The notes under the pieces were generated by a model. That model was not told the origin of the DNA. It saw only the letters and a program-made list of their open reading frames with translations, and searched no databases. Shown piece by piece: positions 8,808-18,017 of a DNA stretch of 64,000 nt; positions within the stretch are counted from its first letter, which is position 1; the number at the start of each line of letters is the position of its first letter. This DNA is from Clostridia bacterium (GTDB lineage Bacteria > Bacillota > Clostridia > JAAYHZ01): positions 480,001 to 544,000 of the forward strand of contig JBMNIH010000004.1 of NCBI GenBank assembly GCA_050950825.1. The letters run 5' to 3'. The position numbers and the translations under genes were made by a program.

Positions 8808-9995
8808 ATGACCGTTAAATTTTTTACATCCGAATCCGTTACGGAAGGACATCCCGATAAAATTTGTGACCGAATATCCGATAGCGTACTGGACTCCATC
8901 TTGGAATGCGATCCTTTTGCCCGTGTTGCCTGCGAAACGGCGGTAACTACCGGAATGGTTCTGGTGATGGGAGAAATTACGACGAATTGTTATGTAGATA
9001 TACCGAAAATTGCTCGCAACGCCATTAAAGACATCGGATACGACAATGCCGAATACGGTTTTGATTACAAAACATGTGCCGTGTTGACGGCTATCGACGA
9101 GCAATCCGCGGATATTGCCATGGGCGTCGATAAATCCTATGAGAATAAGCTCGGAAAGCAGGACGAGCTTCAATACGGCGCAGGAGACCAGGGCATGATG
9201 TTCGGATACGCATGCAACGAAACCGCCGAATTGATGCCGATGCCCATCACTCTTGCCCATAACATTACTCGGGAGCTGGCACGTCTTCGAAAGGAAAGAA
9301 TTTTACCCTATCTTCGGCCGGACGGAAAAGCCCAAGTGACCGTGCAATACGATAACGGTGTCCCGGTTCGGATCGATGCCATCGTCATTTCCACGCAGCA
9401 CGACCCGGACGTAACGCAAAAGAGAATTCATGATGACTTAACGGAAAACATCGTCTTGAAGGTTTTGCCTGCCGGGCTTATCGATAAAGAAACGAAAATA
9501 TTCATAAATCCCACCGGACGTTTTGTCGTAGGAGGCCCCCAAGGAGATTCCGGCTTAACGGGCAGGAAGATCATCGTCGATACTTACGGCGGCATGGGAA
9601 GACACGGCGGCGGCGCTTTTTCCGGTAAAGACGCGACGAAAGTGGACCGGTCCGGAGCATATGCAGCCAGAAATGTGGCGAAAAACATCGTTGCGGCAAA
9701 ATTAGCGGATCGCTGCGAGGTGGAAATCGCTTACGCCATCGGTGTAGCGGAGCCGGTATCGGTTTTTGTGGAAACCTTCGGAACCGGAATCACGGATGAC
9801 GAAAAGATTGCTTGCGCCGTAAAACACTTGTTTGATTTAAGACCCACCGCTATTATTCATAACTATGACTTAAGAAAGCCTGTCTATTCCCGAGTATCCT
9901 GCTACGGCCATTTCGGAAGACCGGATTTGGATCTGACATGGGAAAAGACAAACAAAGTACAAGAATTAAAAGATTACTTTAAGATCCGCACCTAA
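8808..9995 (+). CDS. metK: S-adenosylmethionine synthetase
   Basis: [28 protein letters not shown]; true start ATG 8808 after GGAG. Confidence 0.97.
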   Translation: MTVKFFTSESVTEGHPDKICDRISDSVLDSILECDPFARVACETAVTTGMVLVMGEITTNCYVDIPKIARNAIKDIGYDNAEYGFDYKTCAVLTAIDEQSADIAMGVDKSYENKLGKQDELQYGAGDQGMMFGYACNETAELMPMPITLAHNITRELARLRKERILPYLRPDGKAQVTVQYDNGVPVRIDAIVISTQHDPDVTQKRIHDDLTENIVLKVLPAGLIDKETKIFINPTGRFVVGGPQGDSGLTGRKIIVDTYGGMGRHGGGAFSGKDATKVDRSGAYAARNVAKNIVAAKLADRCEVEIAYAIGVAEPVSVFVETFGTGITDDEKIACAVKHLFDLRPTAIIHNYDLRKPVYSRVSCYGHFGRPDLDLTWEKTNKVQELKDYFKIRT

Positions 9996-10013
9996 TCGGA
10001 GCATATATTATTG

Positions 10014-10061
10014 AAAGAAGTCCTTCGGAATGCTTAACCGGCATTTCGAAGGACTTTCTTT
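10014..10061 (+). terminator. Intrinsic terminator after metK
   Basis: aagtccttcggaatgc...gcatttcgaaggactttcttt hairpin. Confidence 0.75.
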
Positions 10062-10148
10062 GTGGGTACCCTGTCTTTTATTTGCCGAGAAATGAAACTC
10101 TTGATAAACTATTAGGGAAAATGTTCATTAAAATGAACGTATGGGGCT

Positions 10149-10955
10149 GTGATAATGAAAAAGATCTTTTTCAATTCGTACATAAAAGTTTTCGTATCCT
10201 TTTTGCTTGTCCTTTTTTTATTGGAAGGATGCCTTTTCTTGCCGCCCGATTCGGACAATTCCGATAAAATTACCGTGGGGAAGGAAGTGCAAAGCATGGA
10301 AGCCGGTACCGTGCAAGAAAAAAAAGTATCCCTCGCAGAAGAATCCGTTATAACGGAGCAAAAAGAGCGGGAAATCACGGAAGAGCCGAAAGAGCAAACG
10401 AATACGGAAACAACGGTAACGGATACCGTAAAAGAAGGGACGGAAGAAGATCAACCCCAAGATTTGTTTTTTAATGAGCCGAAGGAGAGCATCGGCACCT
10501 TCCGCATCGAGATTTTCAAAGCGGAAAGACGCTTGGAGCTTTATGCCGATGACGATATAACCGGTCGTTTTCCCGTCGCTTTGGGTTTTAATCCGGTAGG
10601 ACACAAGGAAAAAGAAGGGGACGGAAAAACCCCGGAAGGCGAATACTATATCTGCTATATCAACCGAGACAGCCCTTACCATATTTTTTACGGCCTAAGC
10701 TATCCCAACATCGAAGACGCGAAAAGAGCATACGATAGCAATTTTATCACCGAAAGAGAATTCAAAAGTATTGAAAATGCTATAAATAGAAAAGAAATTC
10801 CCAATTGGTATACAATTTTAGGAGGCGAAGTGGGCATCCACGGGGGAGGTGCATCTCGAGACTGGACGCTAGGCTGCATAGCTTTATCCAACGGAGATAT
10901 CGATATTTTGGACCGATATATCGGCATCGGGACCAAGGTTTTCATCCGGCCTTGA
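10149..10955 (+). CDS. Membrane-anchored L,D-transpeptidase (YkuD family)
   Basis: N-terminal hydrophobic/lipobox-like segment (LEGC), acidic linker, EGDGKTPEG, GIHGG...WTLGCIAL catalytic His/Cys motif. Confidence 0.85.
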   Translation: MIMKKIFFNSYIKVFVSFLLVLFLLEGCLFLPPDSDNSDKITVGKEVQSMEAGTVQEKKVSLAEESVITEQKEREITEEPKEQTNTETTVTDTVKEGTEEDQPQDLFFNEPKESIGTFRIEIFKAERRLELYADDDITGRFPVALGFNPVGHKEKEGDGKTPEGEYYICYINRDSPYHIFYGLSYPNIEDAKRAYDSNFITEREFKSIENAINRKEIPNWYTILGGEVGIHGGGASRDWTLGCIALSNGDIDILDRYIGIGTKVFIRP

Positions 10956-11344
10956 ATCCGTACCGCCTACGGAAATTTCGTTGGATATTGCCTAATTTTC
11001 GTGAAATAGATCCTCAGAATGGAGAAAGTTCTTCTATTGAGGAAATCATGATTTTACTTTACACGGAACCCTAATTATGATAATATATTAACAGTGATTG
11101 ATATTGAAAAACAAATTTCGTATAATATATATACAGTTGCGTACCGGAGGTGTGTGTCATGACGACTTATATTTTAGGAAAATACATAAACAAAGCCACT
11201 GCCGCCACGACGCACATGGGTATTAATAAAAATAAAGAACTGCACGCAACTTGCAAAGTTGTGTTTTTTTTATTGTTAAATACAAATTTTTATCTATTTT
11301 CGCTATAATTTATTTATTTTTTATGTTATTGAAAGGTTTTGGGT

Positions 11345-11698
11345 ATGACACTGAAAGAAATTGCCGAAATTTTAGAGGGAGAAATACTGTGCACGGGAGA
11401 TAACGAAGATTTGGAGATCACATCGGCTTGCGGCAGCGATCTTATGAGCGACGTAATGGCATTTGTTAAAAACAGCGCCATGCTGCTGACAGGCTTGCTT
11501 AACATGCAAGTGATCCGAACGGCTGAAATGATGGATATGCGCCTGATCGTTTTTGTTCGAGGGAAGAAGCCGGACCCCTGCGTGGTGGAAATGGCAAAGC
11601 AAAAGGGAATCGCTCTCGTTTGTACAAAACATTCCATGTTTGTCGCATGCGGACTCTTGTACTCCCACGGATTGACCGAAGGAGGTAATCATCCTTGA
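11345..11698 (+). CDS. DRTGG domain protein (hydrogenase-associated)
   Basis: SACGSDLMSDV...LLTGL...VIRTAEM...VRGK; first gene of the clostridial hydrogenase regulatory cluster. Confidence 0.85.
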   Translation: MTLKEIAEILEGEILCTGDNEDLEITSACGSDLMSDVMAFVKNSAMLLTGLLNMQVIRTAEMMDMRLIVFVRGKKPDPCVVEMAKQKGIALVCTKHSMFVACGLLYSHGLTEGGNHP

Positions 11699-12126
11699 GT
11701 AAGGGAGTTATAACGTTAAGCTATGAAATTAATGCCAATGATTTTCAAGCCGCCGGGGAAGCTTCCTCCACGGTAAAGAAAAAGCTGAAGCTTTTAGGTA
11801 TTCCTCCCGAAGCCATACGGCGTGCTTCCATTGCCATGTACGAAGCGGAAATGAATGTGGTTATTCACGGCAATGGCGGTGTTATGAACGTAGAAATCGA
11901 TAAATCGAAAATTAAAATGGTTTTTCGCGACCAAGGTCCCGGGATCCCGGACGTAGGTCTTGCCATGCAGGAAGGATATTCCACCGCTCCGGATCGAATT
12001 CGTGAAATGGGGTTTGGAGCCGGAATGGGGTTACCGAATATTAAACGCAATGCGGATAAATTAGACATAGAAACCGTCATAGGAAAAGGAACAACGTTGA
12101 CGATTGAGGTAAATATCAATGATTAA
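11695..12126 (+). CDS. Anti-sigma factor / Ser-Thr kinase (RsbT-like HATPase)
   Basis: YEAEMNVVIH, DQGPGI, GYST, GAGMGLPN, GTT. Confidence 0.88.
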   Translation: MSKGVITLSYEINANDFQAAGEASSTVKKKLKLLGIPPEAIRRASIAMYEAEMNVVIHGNGGVMNVEIDKSKIKMVFRDQGPGIPDVGLAMQEGYSTAPDRIREMGFGAGMGLPNIKRNADKLDIETVIGKGTTLTIEVNIND

Positions 12127-13408
12127 ATATTTTCACTCGGTAACGCTGGACGATAAAAGGTGCAGGGGATGTACAAACTGCATCAAGCACTGCCCTACCG
12201 AAGCTATACGAGTCCGAAAATCCAAAGCGACCATCATTAATGAGCGTTGCATCGACTGCGGTGTATGCATACGAGTTTGTCCCTATCATGCGAAAAAAGC
12301 GGTAGCGGATAGACCGGAAGACATCGAAAAATACCGTTACAAAATCGCTTTACCGGCCCCTTCTTTATACGGTCAATATGACTTCAGTCGGAAAAAAATC
12401 TTGGCAGGTCTTCTGAAACTCGGATTTGATGCCATTTACGAAGTGGCGAAGGGTGCCGAATTGGTAACCTATACTACCAATATGCTTTTAGATAAACCCG
12501 GAAACCGTTATCCTTTAATTTCCTCCGCTTGCCCTGCCGTTGTAAAACTTATTCAAGTTCGTTTTCCCGATCTAATCGATCATATCATAAAAATTGAATC
12601 TCCCATGGAAGTCAGCGCGGCGATGGCTGCGGAAGAAGCCATGAAAAAAACCGGCCTTCCGCGAAGTGATATCGGTATTTTTTTTATATCTCCTTGTGCC
12701 GCAAAAGTAACGAACGTAAAGGCGCCCTACGAGAAGTCTTCTTCCGCCGTAAACGGAGTCATTGCCATTTCCGAAATCTACAAAAATTTATTGGAGGCCT
12801 GCAACCGAGTCGATGATGCGGATTTGGACTTGGACTTGGATTTAGCCGGTTTTCAGGGAGTGGTTTGGGCCGATTCGGGAGGAGAGGCTGCCGGTATTAA
12901 AAAGCATAAGAAGCTGGCGGTAGACGGAATCCATAACGTGATCGATATATTCGAAAAAATTGAAAACGGCGAATTGCGAGATATTGAATTTATTGAAGCA
13001 TTGGCTTGCACCGGAGGATGCTTGGGAGGTCCTTTAACGGTGGAGAATCCCTTTGTGGCAAAAACCATTTTGCGGAGCAAAGAGGATGTATTCGTAAGAA
13101 AATCCGAGGTTTACATACCCGAGGAAGAGCTGAACAAGTATGTATGGACGAATGATATCCAATACAAGCCCATATTGAAATTGAACGACGACCTCGGAAC
13201 GGCTTTGGAAATGCTGGAGAAGCTGGAGGAAATCACGGAGAGCTTGCCGGGGCTGGATTGCGGAGCATGCGGTGCCCCGGGATGTCGAGCTTTGGCAGAA
13301 GATATTGTAAGAGGTATATCGGTCAAGTCCGATTGTATCGTGGAGCTAAAGGATAAAGTGAAGAAACTGGAGCAAGAAATTATGCACTTGAAAGGACAGT
13401 CAACATGA
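12119..13408 (+). CDS. Putative sensory [FeFe]-hydrogenase-like Fe-S protein (group D/HydS type)
   Basis: Two N-terminal CxxCxxCxxxCP motifs; degenerate H-cluster motifs ISSACPA, SPCAAKVTN, EALACTGGCLGG; C-terminal PGLDCGACGAPGC Fe-S domain. Confidence 0.85.
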   Translation: MIKYFHSVTLDDKRCRGCTNCIKHCPTEAIRVRKSKATIINERCIDCGVCIRVCPYHAKKAVADRPEDIEKYRYKIALPAPSLYGQYDFSRKKILAGLLKLGFDAIYEVAKGAELVTYTTNMLLDKPGNRYPLISSACPAVVKLIQVRFPDLIDHIIKIESPMEVSAAMAAEEAMKKTGLPRSDIGIFFISPCAAKVTNVKAPYEKSSSAVNGVIAISEIYKNLLEACNRVDDADLDLDLDLAGFQGVVWADSGGEAAGIKKHKKLAVDGIHNVIDIFEKIENGELRDIEFIEALACTGGCLGGPLTVENPFVAKTILRSKEDVFVRKSEVYIPEEELNKYVWTNDIQYKPILKLNDDLGTALEMLEKLEEITESLPGLDCGACGAPGCRALAEDIVRGISVKSDCIVELKDKVKKLEQEIMHLKGQST

Positions 13409-13737
13409 AAGTAAAGGATTTTATTGAAAAAAGTCGATTTACGAATCTGACGGGTACTTCAGGATTGGATAGAGAAATTCGAGACGTTTATGTCGGGGAT
13501 TTGTTAAGCAGAGTGATGAGCAGTGCAACGGCAGGTTCCGCGTGGATTACCATCCATACCCACATGAACATTTTGGCGGTTGCGGCATTGAACGATCTTC
13601 CTCTGATCATTATTCCCGAGGGGATTAACGTACCTGACCCGGTTGTAGAAAAAGCCGTTGAAGAAAATATTGCAATCGCTTCCGCCGACTGCACCGCCTA
13701 TGAAGTATGCCGTACATGCATAAATATCCTGGGCTGA
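13405..13737 (+). CDS. DRTGG domain protein
   Basis: YVGDLLSRVM...WITIHTHMNILAVA. Confidence 0.82.
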   Translation: MKVKDFIEKSRFTNLTGTSGLDREIRDVYVGDLLSRVMSSATAGSAWITIHTHMNILAVAALNDLPLIIIPEGINVPDPVVEKAVEENIAIASADCTAYEVCRTCINILG

Positions 13738-13741
13738 CGGT

Positions 13742-14449
13742 ATGAAAGTAGCGGTAGATCTCCACATTCACACGGCGCTGTCCCCTTGCGCGGATAAGGA
13801 CATGACCCCCAACAACATTGTGAATATGGCATGCTTGAAAGGCTTGGACGCCATCGCAATTACCGATCACAACAGTTGTATGAATGTTCGTGCCGTTATG
13901 AGCTGCGGAGAGGAAAAAGATTTGCTGGTCATTCCCGGAATGGAGGTGGAGACAAGAGAAGAGGTCCATGTGATCTGCTTGTTTGAAACACCGGAGGACG
14001 CCGAATGGCTGCAAGAAATCTTGAATTTTTACCGTTTAAAAATACCCTTGAATGAAGAAATATTCGGAAACCAATGGATCCTCAATCGCTATGATGAAAT
14101 TACCGCTTCTTTTTCGGAATTATTATCGGTCTCGGTGGATTTGGATTTGGATACAGTATGCAAATTGGTGAAAGAAAAAAACGGAGTTTTCATACCGGCT
14201 CATGTGGATCGTCCGGCAAACGGCTTGATATCCGTTTTAGGTGCCATACCGAAAACTCCGGATATCCGTGTTATCGAGCTTTCGAAAAGCTGTGATCAGG
14301 AGGACTTTTTAAAGCGGAATCCGTACTGCCGAAAATACAAAAGGTATACGGCTTCCGATGCCCACTACCTGTGGGACATATTGGAAAGGGAATGCTTTAT
14401 GGAGGTTGACGAGCGATCGGTTCCGGCGATATTGGAGTATCTGCGCTAA
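13742..14449 (+). CDS. PHP domain phosphoesterase
   Basis: DLHIHT, ITDHN, PAHVDR, SDAH. Confidence 0.88.
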   Translation: MKVAVDLHIHTALSPCADKDMTPNNIVNMACLKGLDAIAITDHNSCMNVRAVMSCGEEKDLLVIPGMEVETREEVHVICLFETPEDAEWLQEILNFYRLKIPLNEEIFGNQWILNRYDEITASFSELLSVSVDLDLDTVCKLVKEKNGVFIPAHVDRPANGLISVLGAIPKTPDIRVIELSKSCDQEDFLKRNPYCRKYKRYTASDAHYLWDILERECFMEVDERSVPAILEYLR

Positions 14450-14532
14450 GATGCTTGAAAATAGCTTTTTTTGAAAGGTTAAAAATATCAAAAACACAGG
14501 CAAAGACGACAAGTTTAAAAATGAAATATTTA

Positions 14533-14561
14533 TTGCTTTTATAGCGATTACATGGTATAAT
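14533..14561 (+). promoter_or_regulatory. Sigma-A promoter of the hydrogenase structural operon
   Basis: TTGCTT-17 nt-TATAAT with extended TG. Confidence 0.65.
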
Positions 14562-14573
14562 AACTTGTCATCA

Positions 14574-14591
14574 TTGTTAAATGGTTAACAA
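14574..14591. promoter_or_regulatory. Rex operator 1
   Basis: TTGTTAAATGGTTAACAA is a perfect match to the clostridial Rex consensus TTGTTAANNNNTTAACAA, just downstream of the -10. Confidence 0.88.
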
Positions 14592-14663
14592 TGAGCGATC
14601 GTCGGGAATACAATATAATAACATGCTTCTTAGTTAAAACGGATAGCTTTATTGGGTAGCCAT

Positions 14664-14681
14664 TTGTTAAATCATTAGCAA
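14664..14681. promoter_or_regulatory. Rex operator 2
   Basis: TTGTTAAATCATTAGCAA, one mismatch to consensus. Confidence 0.78.
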
Positions 14682-14744
14682 TGCTGCCTACTTATTTTGT
14701 AGGCTGACATATGTTTAACATGCAAGAATTTTTGGAGGTAACAT

Positions 14745-15239
14745 ATGAGTAAATGTGGTTGCACTTGCTCTGATGCAAAAGAAAAACAGCTGCAGGAGAT
14801 AATCGAGAAGTATAAGAATACGGAAGGTGCATTGATTCCGGTTCTTCACGAAGCTCAAGAGGTCTACGGGTATTTACCCCTTTCCGTTCAATCCAAAATT
14901 GCAGAAGGCTTGAACGTTCCATTGGCTGAGGTATATGGCGTTGTCACATTTTACACTCAGTTTTCTTTATACCCAAAGGGTGCATACAAAATACAAGTTT
15001 GTCTTGGAACGGCTTGTTATGTTAAAGGGGCTGCACTTGTTTTAAACGAACTTCAAAAGGAATTGGGTATTGAAGTAGGGAAATGCACCGAAGACGGTAA
15101 GTTCTCATTGGATGCATGTCGTTGCATCGGTGCCTGCGGGCTGGCTCCGGTCATCATGATCAACGATGATGTTTACGGACGATTAAAGCCGGAGGACGTT
15201 AAAGGTATTATTCAAAAGTATAAGGATATGACGGAATAA
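14745..15239 (+). CDS. [FeFe]-hydrogenase NuoE-like 2Fe-2S subunit (HydC/HndA)
   Basis: VTFYTQF, VCLGTACYVKG, CIGACGLAPV. Confidence 0.92.
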   Translation: MSKCGCTCSDAKEKQLQEIIEKYKNTEGALIPVLHEAQEVYGYLPLSVQSKIAEGLNVPLAEVYGVVTFYTQFSLYPKGAYKIQVCLGTACYVKGAALVLNELQKELGIEVGKCTEDGKFSLDACRCIGACGLAPVIMINDDVYGRLKPEDVKGIIQKYKDMTE

Positions 15240-15244
15240 TCTCT

Positions 15245-15826
15245 ATGCAAGAGTTGTCTTTGCACATATTGGACTTGGTACGCAATTCCATTGCTGCAGG
15301 CGCGACAAAGGTCATCATATCGATTTATCAAAAAGGAAACTTTTTATACATATCGATATCGGACAACGGAAAAGGCATGGATAAGGACACGTTGAGAAGC
15401 GTGGAAAGCCCGTTTATGACATCAAGAAATACCCGAAAGGTGGGCTTGGGAATTCCGCTGTTTAAAGCGGCGGCTGAGCAATCCGGCGGAACATTTGAAA
15501 TTGAATCCGCAGAAAACGTGGGAACAAGGGTTACCGGGAGCTTTGGGATTGACAGTATTGACAGACAGCCGTTAGGCGAATTGGATGAGACCGTAACGGC
15601 ACTCATCATATCCGACCCGGATATCAACTACGAATTGAGACTTGAAAGTACCAAGGACGCATATCGGATGGATACGAAAGAAGTGAAGGATGTACTTGGC
15701 GAGGTCCATATAACCGAGCCTGAGGTTATGGAATGGATAAGGGAACATATAAAAGAGGGAATTCGCACTGTTTTTGGAGGTGTATTAAATGAAGTCAATT
15801 CAGGAATTGGAAGAAATCAGGAATAG
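15245..15826 (+). CDS. HATPase_c domain protein (histidine-kinase-like ATPase) within the hydrogenase operon
   Basis: NSIAAGA, DNGKGM, PFMTS, VGLGIP, GT motifs; no HisKA region. Confidence 0.82.
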   Translation: MQELSLHILDLVRNSIAAGATKVIISIYQKGNFLYISISDNGKGMDKDTLRSVESPFMTSRNTRKVGLGIPLFKAAAEQSGGTFEIESAENVGTRVTGSFGIDSIDRQPLGELDETVTALIISDPDINYELRLESTKDAYRMDTKEVKDVLGEVHITEPEVMEWIREHIKEGIRTVFGGVLNEVNSGIGRNQE

Positions 15827-16175
15827 AATGCGCGATCAAATGGCGACACGAGAAAAAAGCGGCGGATATCGCATCGTTGTGGGTATGGCAACATGCGGAA
15901 TCGCTGCAGGTGCTCGTCCGGTCATGAGAGCTTTAATAGAAGAATTGCAAAAAAGAAATCGAAACGATGTACCGGTTACGATGACCGGATGCATCGGCGT
16001 ATGCAGACTGGAGCCTATTGTTGAAGTCATTGCAGCCGACGGATCAAAAACCACTTATGTCAAGATGGACGAAAATAAAGCAAGGCGAGTTGTAGCCGAG
16101 CACATAATAAACGGAAACGTATGCGTGGACTTAACCATCGGCGCAGCTGAAAAGCAAGCGAAATCGAAAGAATAA
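15789..16175 (+). CDS. Thioredoxin-like 2Fe-2S ferredoxin subunit (HydD/HndB)
   Basis: VGMATCGIAAGA, GCIGVCRLEP. Confidence 0.9.
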   Translation: MKSIQELEEIRNRMRDQMATREKSGGYRIVVGMATCGIAAGARPVMRALIEELQKRNRNDVPVTMTGCIGVCRLEPIVEVIAADGSKTTYVKMDENKARRVVAEHIINGNVCVDLTIGAAEKQAKSKE

Positions 16176-16205
16176 GGCACCGTGCAAAGAAATGGAGGGG
16201 TTATA

Positions 16206-17999
16206 ATGCATTTTTACAGGGCTCACGTGTTATGTTGTGCAGGTACAGGTTGCACATCATCGAAATCATTGGATATCATAAGTAATTTTGAAAAATATAT
16301 TAAAGAGAATCAATTGGAAAACGAAGTAAAGGTTATTAAAACCGGTTGCTTCGGCTTGTGCGCGGAAGGACCGATCGTCGTAGTATATCCGGAAGGTACC
16401 ATGTATGTTCGTGTGTCCCCGGCGGACGTGAAAGAAATCGTTGAAGAACATCTGGTAAAGGGTAGAGCGGTTCAAAGACTTTTGGCCGGTCACGACAAAA
16501 CGGCGGAAGTCAGTCAGTCGTTAGATAATATTGAATTTTTCACCCGTCAAAAGAGAATCGCTTTGAGAAACTGCGGTGTGATCAACCCGGAATGTATCGA
16601 CGAATATATTGCTCGAGACGGATATTCCGCATTGGCGAAGGTTTTGACCCAAATGACCCCGCAACAAGTCATTGATGAAGTTACCGCTTCGAACTTAAGG
16701 GGAAGAGGCGGTGCGGGATTCCCAACAGGTAGGAAATGGCAATTTGCTGCGAACTCTAAAGGAGACATTAAATACGTATGCTGTAATGCCGACGAAGGGG
16801 ACCCGGGCGCATTCATGGACAGAAGCATCTTGGAAGGAGACCCCCATTCCGTTATTGAAGCGATGACCATCGCCGGATATGCAATCGGTGCCAACCACGG
16901 TTTTATCTATATTCGTGCCGAATACCCCATCGCCGTTCAGCGTTTGAATATAGCCATCCAACAGGCCAACGAATACGGCCTTTTGGGAGAAAATATATTG
17001 GGAACCGGTTTTTCCTTTGACCTCCAAATCCGTTTGGGAGCCGGTGCTTTCGTTTGCGGTGAAGAAACCGCGTTGATGACCTCCATTGAAGGTAAAAGAG
17101 GCGAGCCTCGAGTAAGACCTCCTTTCCCGGCGGTGAAGGGATTGTTTGGAAAGCCTACGGTTTTGAATAACGTAGAAACCTATGCCAATATTCCGGTTAT
17201 CATATTAAAAGGAGCCGAATGGTTTAACACCATCGGAACCGAAAGAAGCAAGGGTACCAAGGTGTTTGCCGTCGGCGGCAATATCGTGAATACCGGTCTT
17301 GTTGAAATTGCTATGGGAACCACCTTACGCGAAATCGTTTATGATATCGGCGGCGGTATTCCCAACGGTAAAAAGTTTAAAGCGGCGCAAACCGGAGGAC
17401 CTTCCGGCGGATGCATTCCTGCCGAGCATCTGGATACGCCCATCGAATACGATACGCTGACCAAATTAGGTTCCATGATGGGATCCGGCGGATTGATCGT
17501 ATTGGACGAAGATAACTGTATGGTTGACATAGCAAAATTCTTCTTGGAATTTACCGTAGACGAATCTTGCGGAAAATGTCCTCCTTGCCGAATCGGAACC
17601 AAGCGGATGTTAGAGCTTTTGGAAAAGATTACGTCCGGTGACGGAGAAGACGGCGATATCGAAAAGCTGGAAGAGCTTGCGAAAAGCATTTCCAAATCCG
17701 CATTGTGCGGCTTAGGACAAACGGCGCCGAACCCCGTATTGAGCACTTTAAGATATTTTAGACATGAATATGAGGCCCATGTTTACGATAAGAAGTGTCC
17801 GGCAGGAGTTTGTAAGGCAATGCTGCATTACCACATTATAGCGGATAAATGTATAGGCTGCGGTTTGTGCGCAAGAAAATGCCCGACGAGTGCAATTTCC
17901 GGCGATAAAAAGCAACCTCACGTTATCGACCAATCGAAATGTATCAAATGCGGTGTATGTATGGAAAGCTGTAAGTTTGCTGCTATTTATAGAGGGTAA
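16206..17999 (+). CDS. [FeFe]-hydrogenase NuoF-like NADH/FMN subunit (HydB/HndC)
   Basis: LRGRGGAGFPTG, NADEGDPGAFMDR, GAGAFVCGEETAL, ESCGKCPPCR, C-terminal 2x[4Fe-4S]; start 16206 after GGAGG. Confidence 0.95.
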   Translation: MHFYRAHVLCCAGTGCTSSKSLDIISNFEKYIKENQLENEVKVIKTGCFGLCAEGPIVVVYPEGTMYVRVSPADVKEIVEEHLVKGRAVQRLLAGHDKTAEVSQSLDNIEFFTRQKRIALRNCGVINPECIDEYIARDGYSALAKVLTQMTPQQVIDEVTASNLRGRGGAGFPTGRKWQFAANSKGDIKYVCCNADEGDPGAFMDRSILEGDPHSVIEAMTIAGYAIGANHGFIYIRAEYPIAVQRLNIAIQQANEYGLLGENILGTGFSFDLQIRLGAGAFVCGEETALMTSIEGKRGEPRVRPPFPAVKGLFGKPTVLNNVETYANIPVIILKGAEWFNTIGTERSKGTKVFAVGGNIVNTGLVEIAMGTTLREIVYDIGGGIPNGKKFKAAQTGGPSGGCIPAEHLDTPIEYDTLTKLGSMMGSGGLIVLDEDNCMVDIAKFFLEFTVDESCGKCPPCRIGTKRMLELLEKITSGDGEDGDIEKLEELAKSISKSALCGLGQTAPNPVLSTLRYFRHEYEAHVYDKKCPAGVCKAMLHYHIIADKCIGCGLCARKCPTSAISGDKKQPHVIDQSKCIKCGVCMESCKFAAIYRG

Positions 18000-18017
18000 G
18001 AAGGAGAGGTTAAGAAT

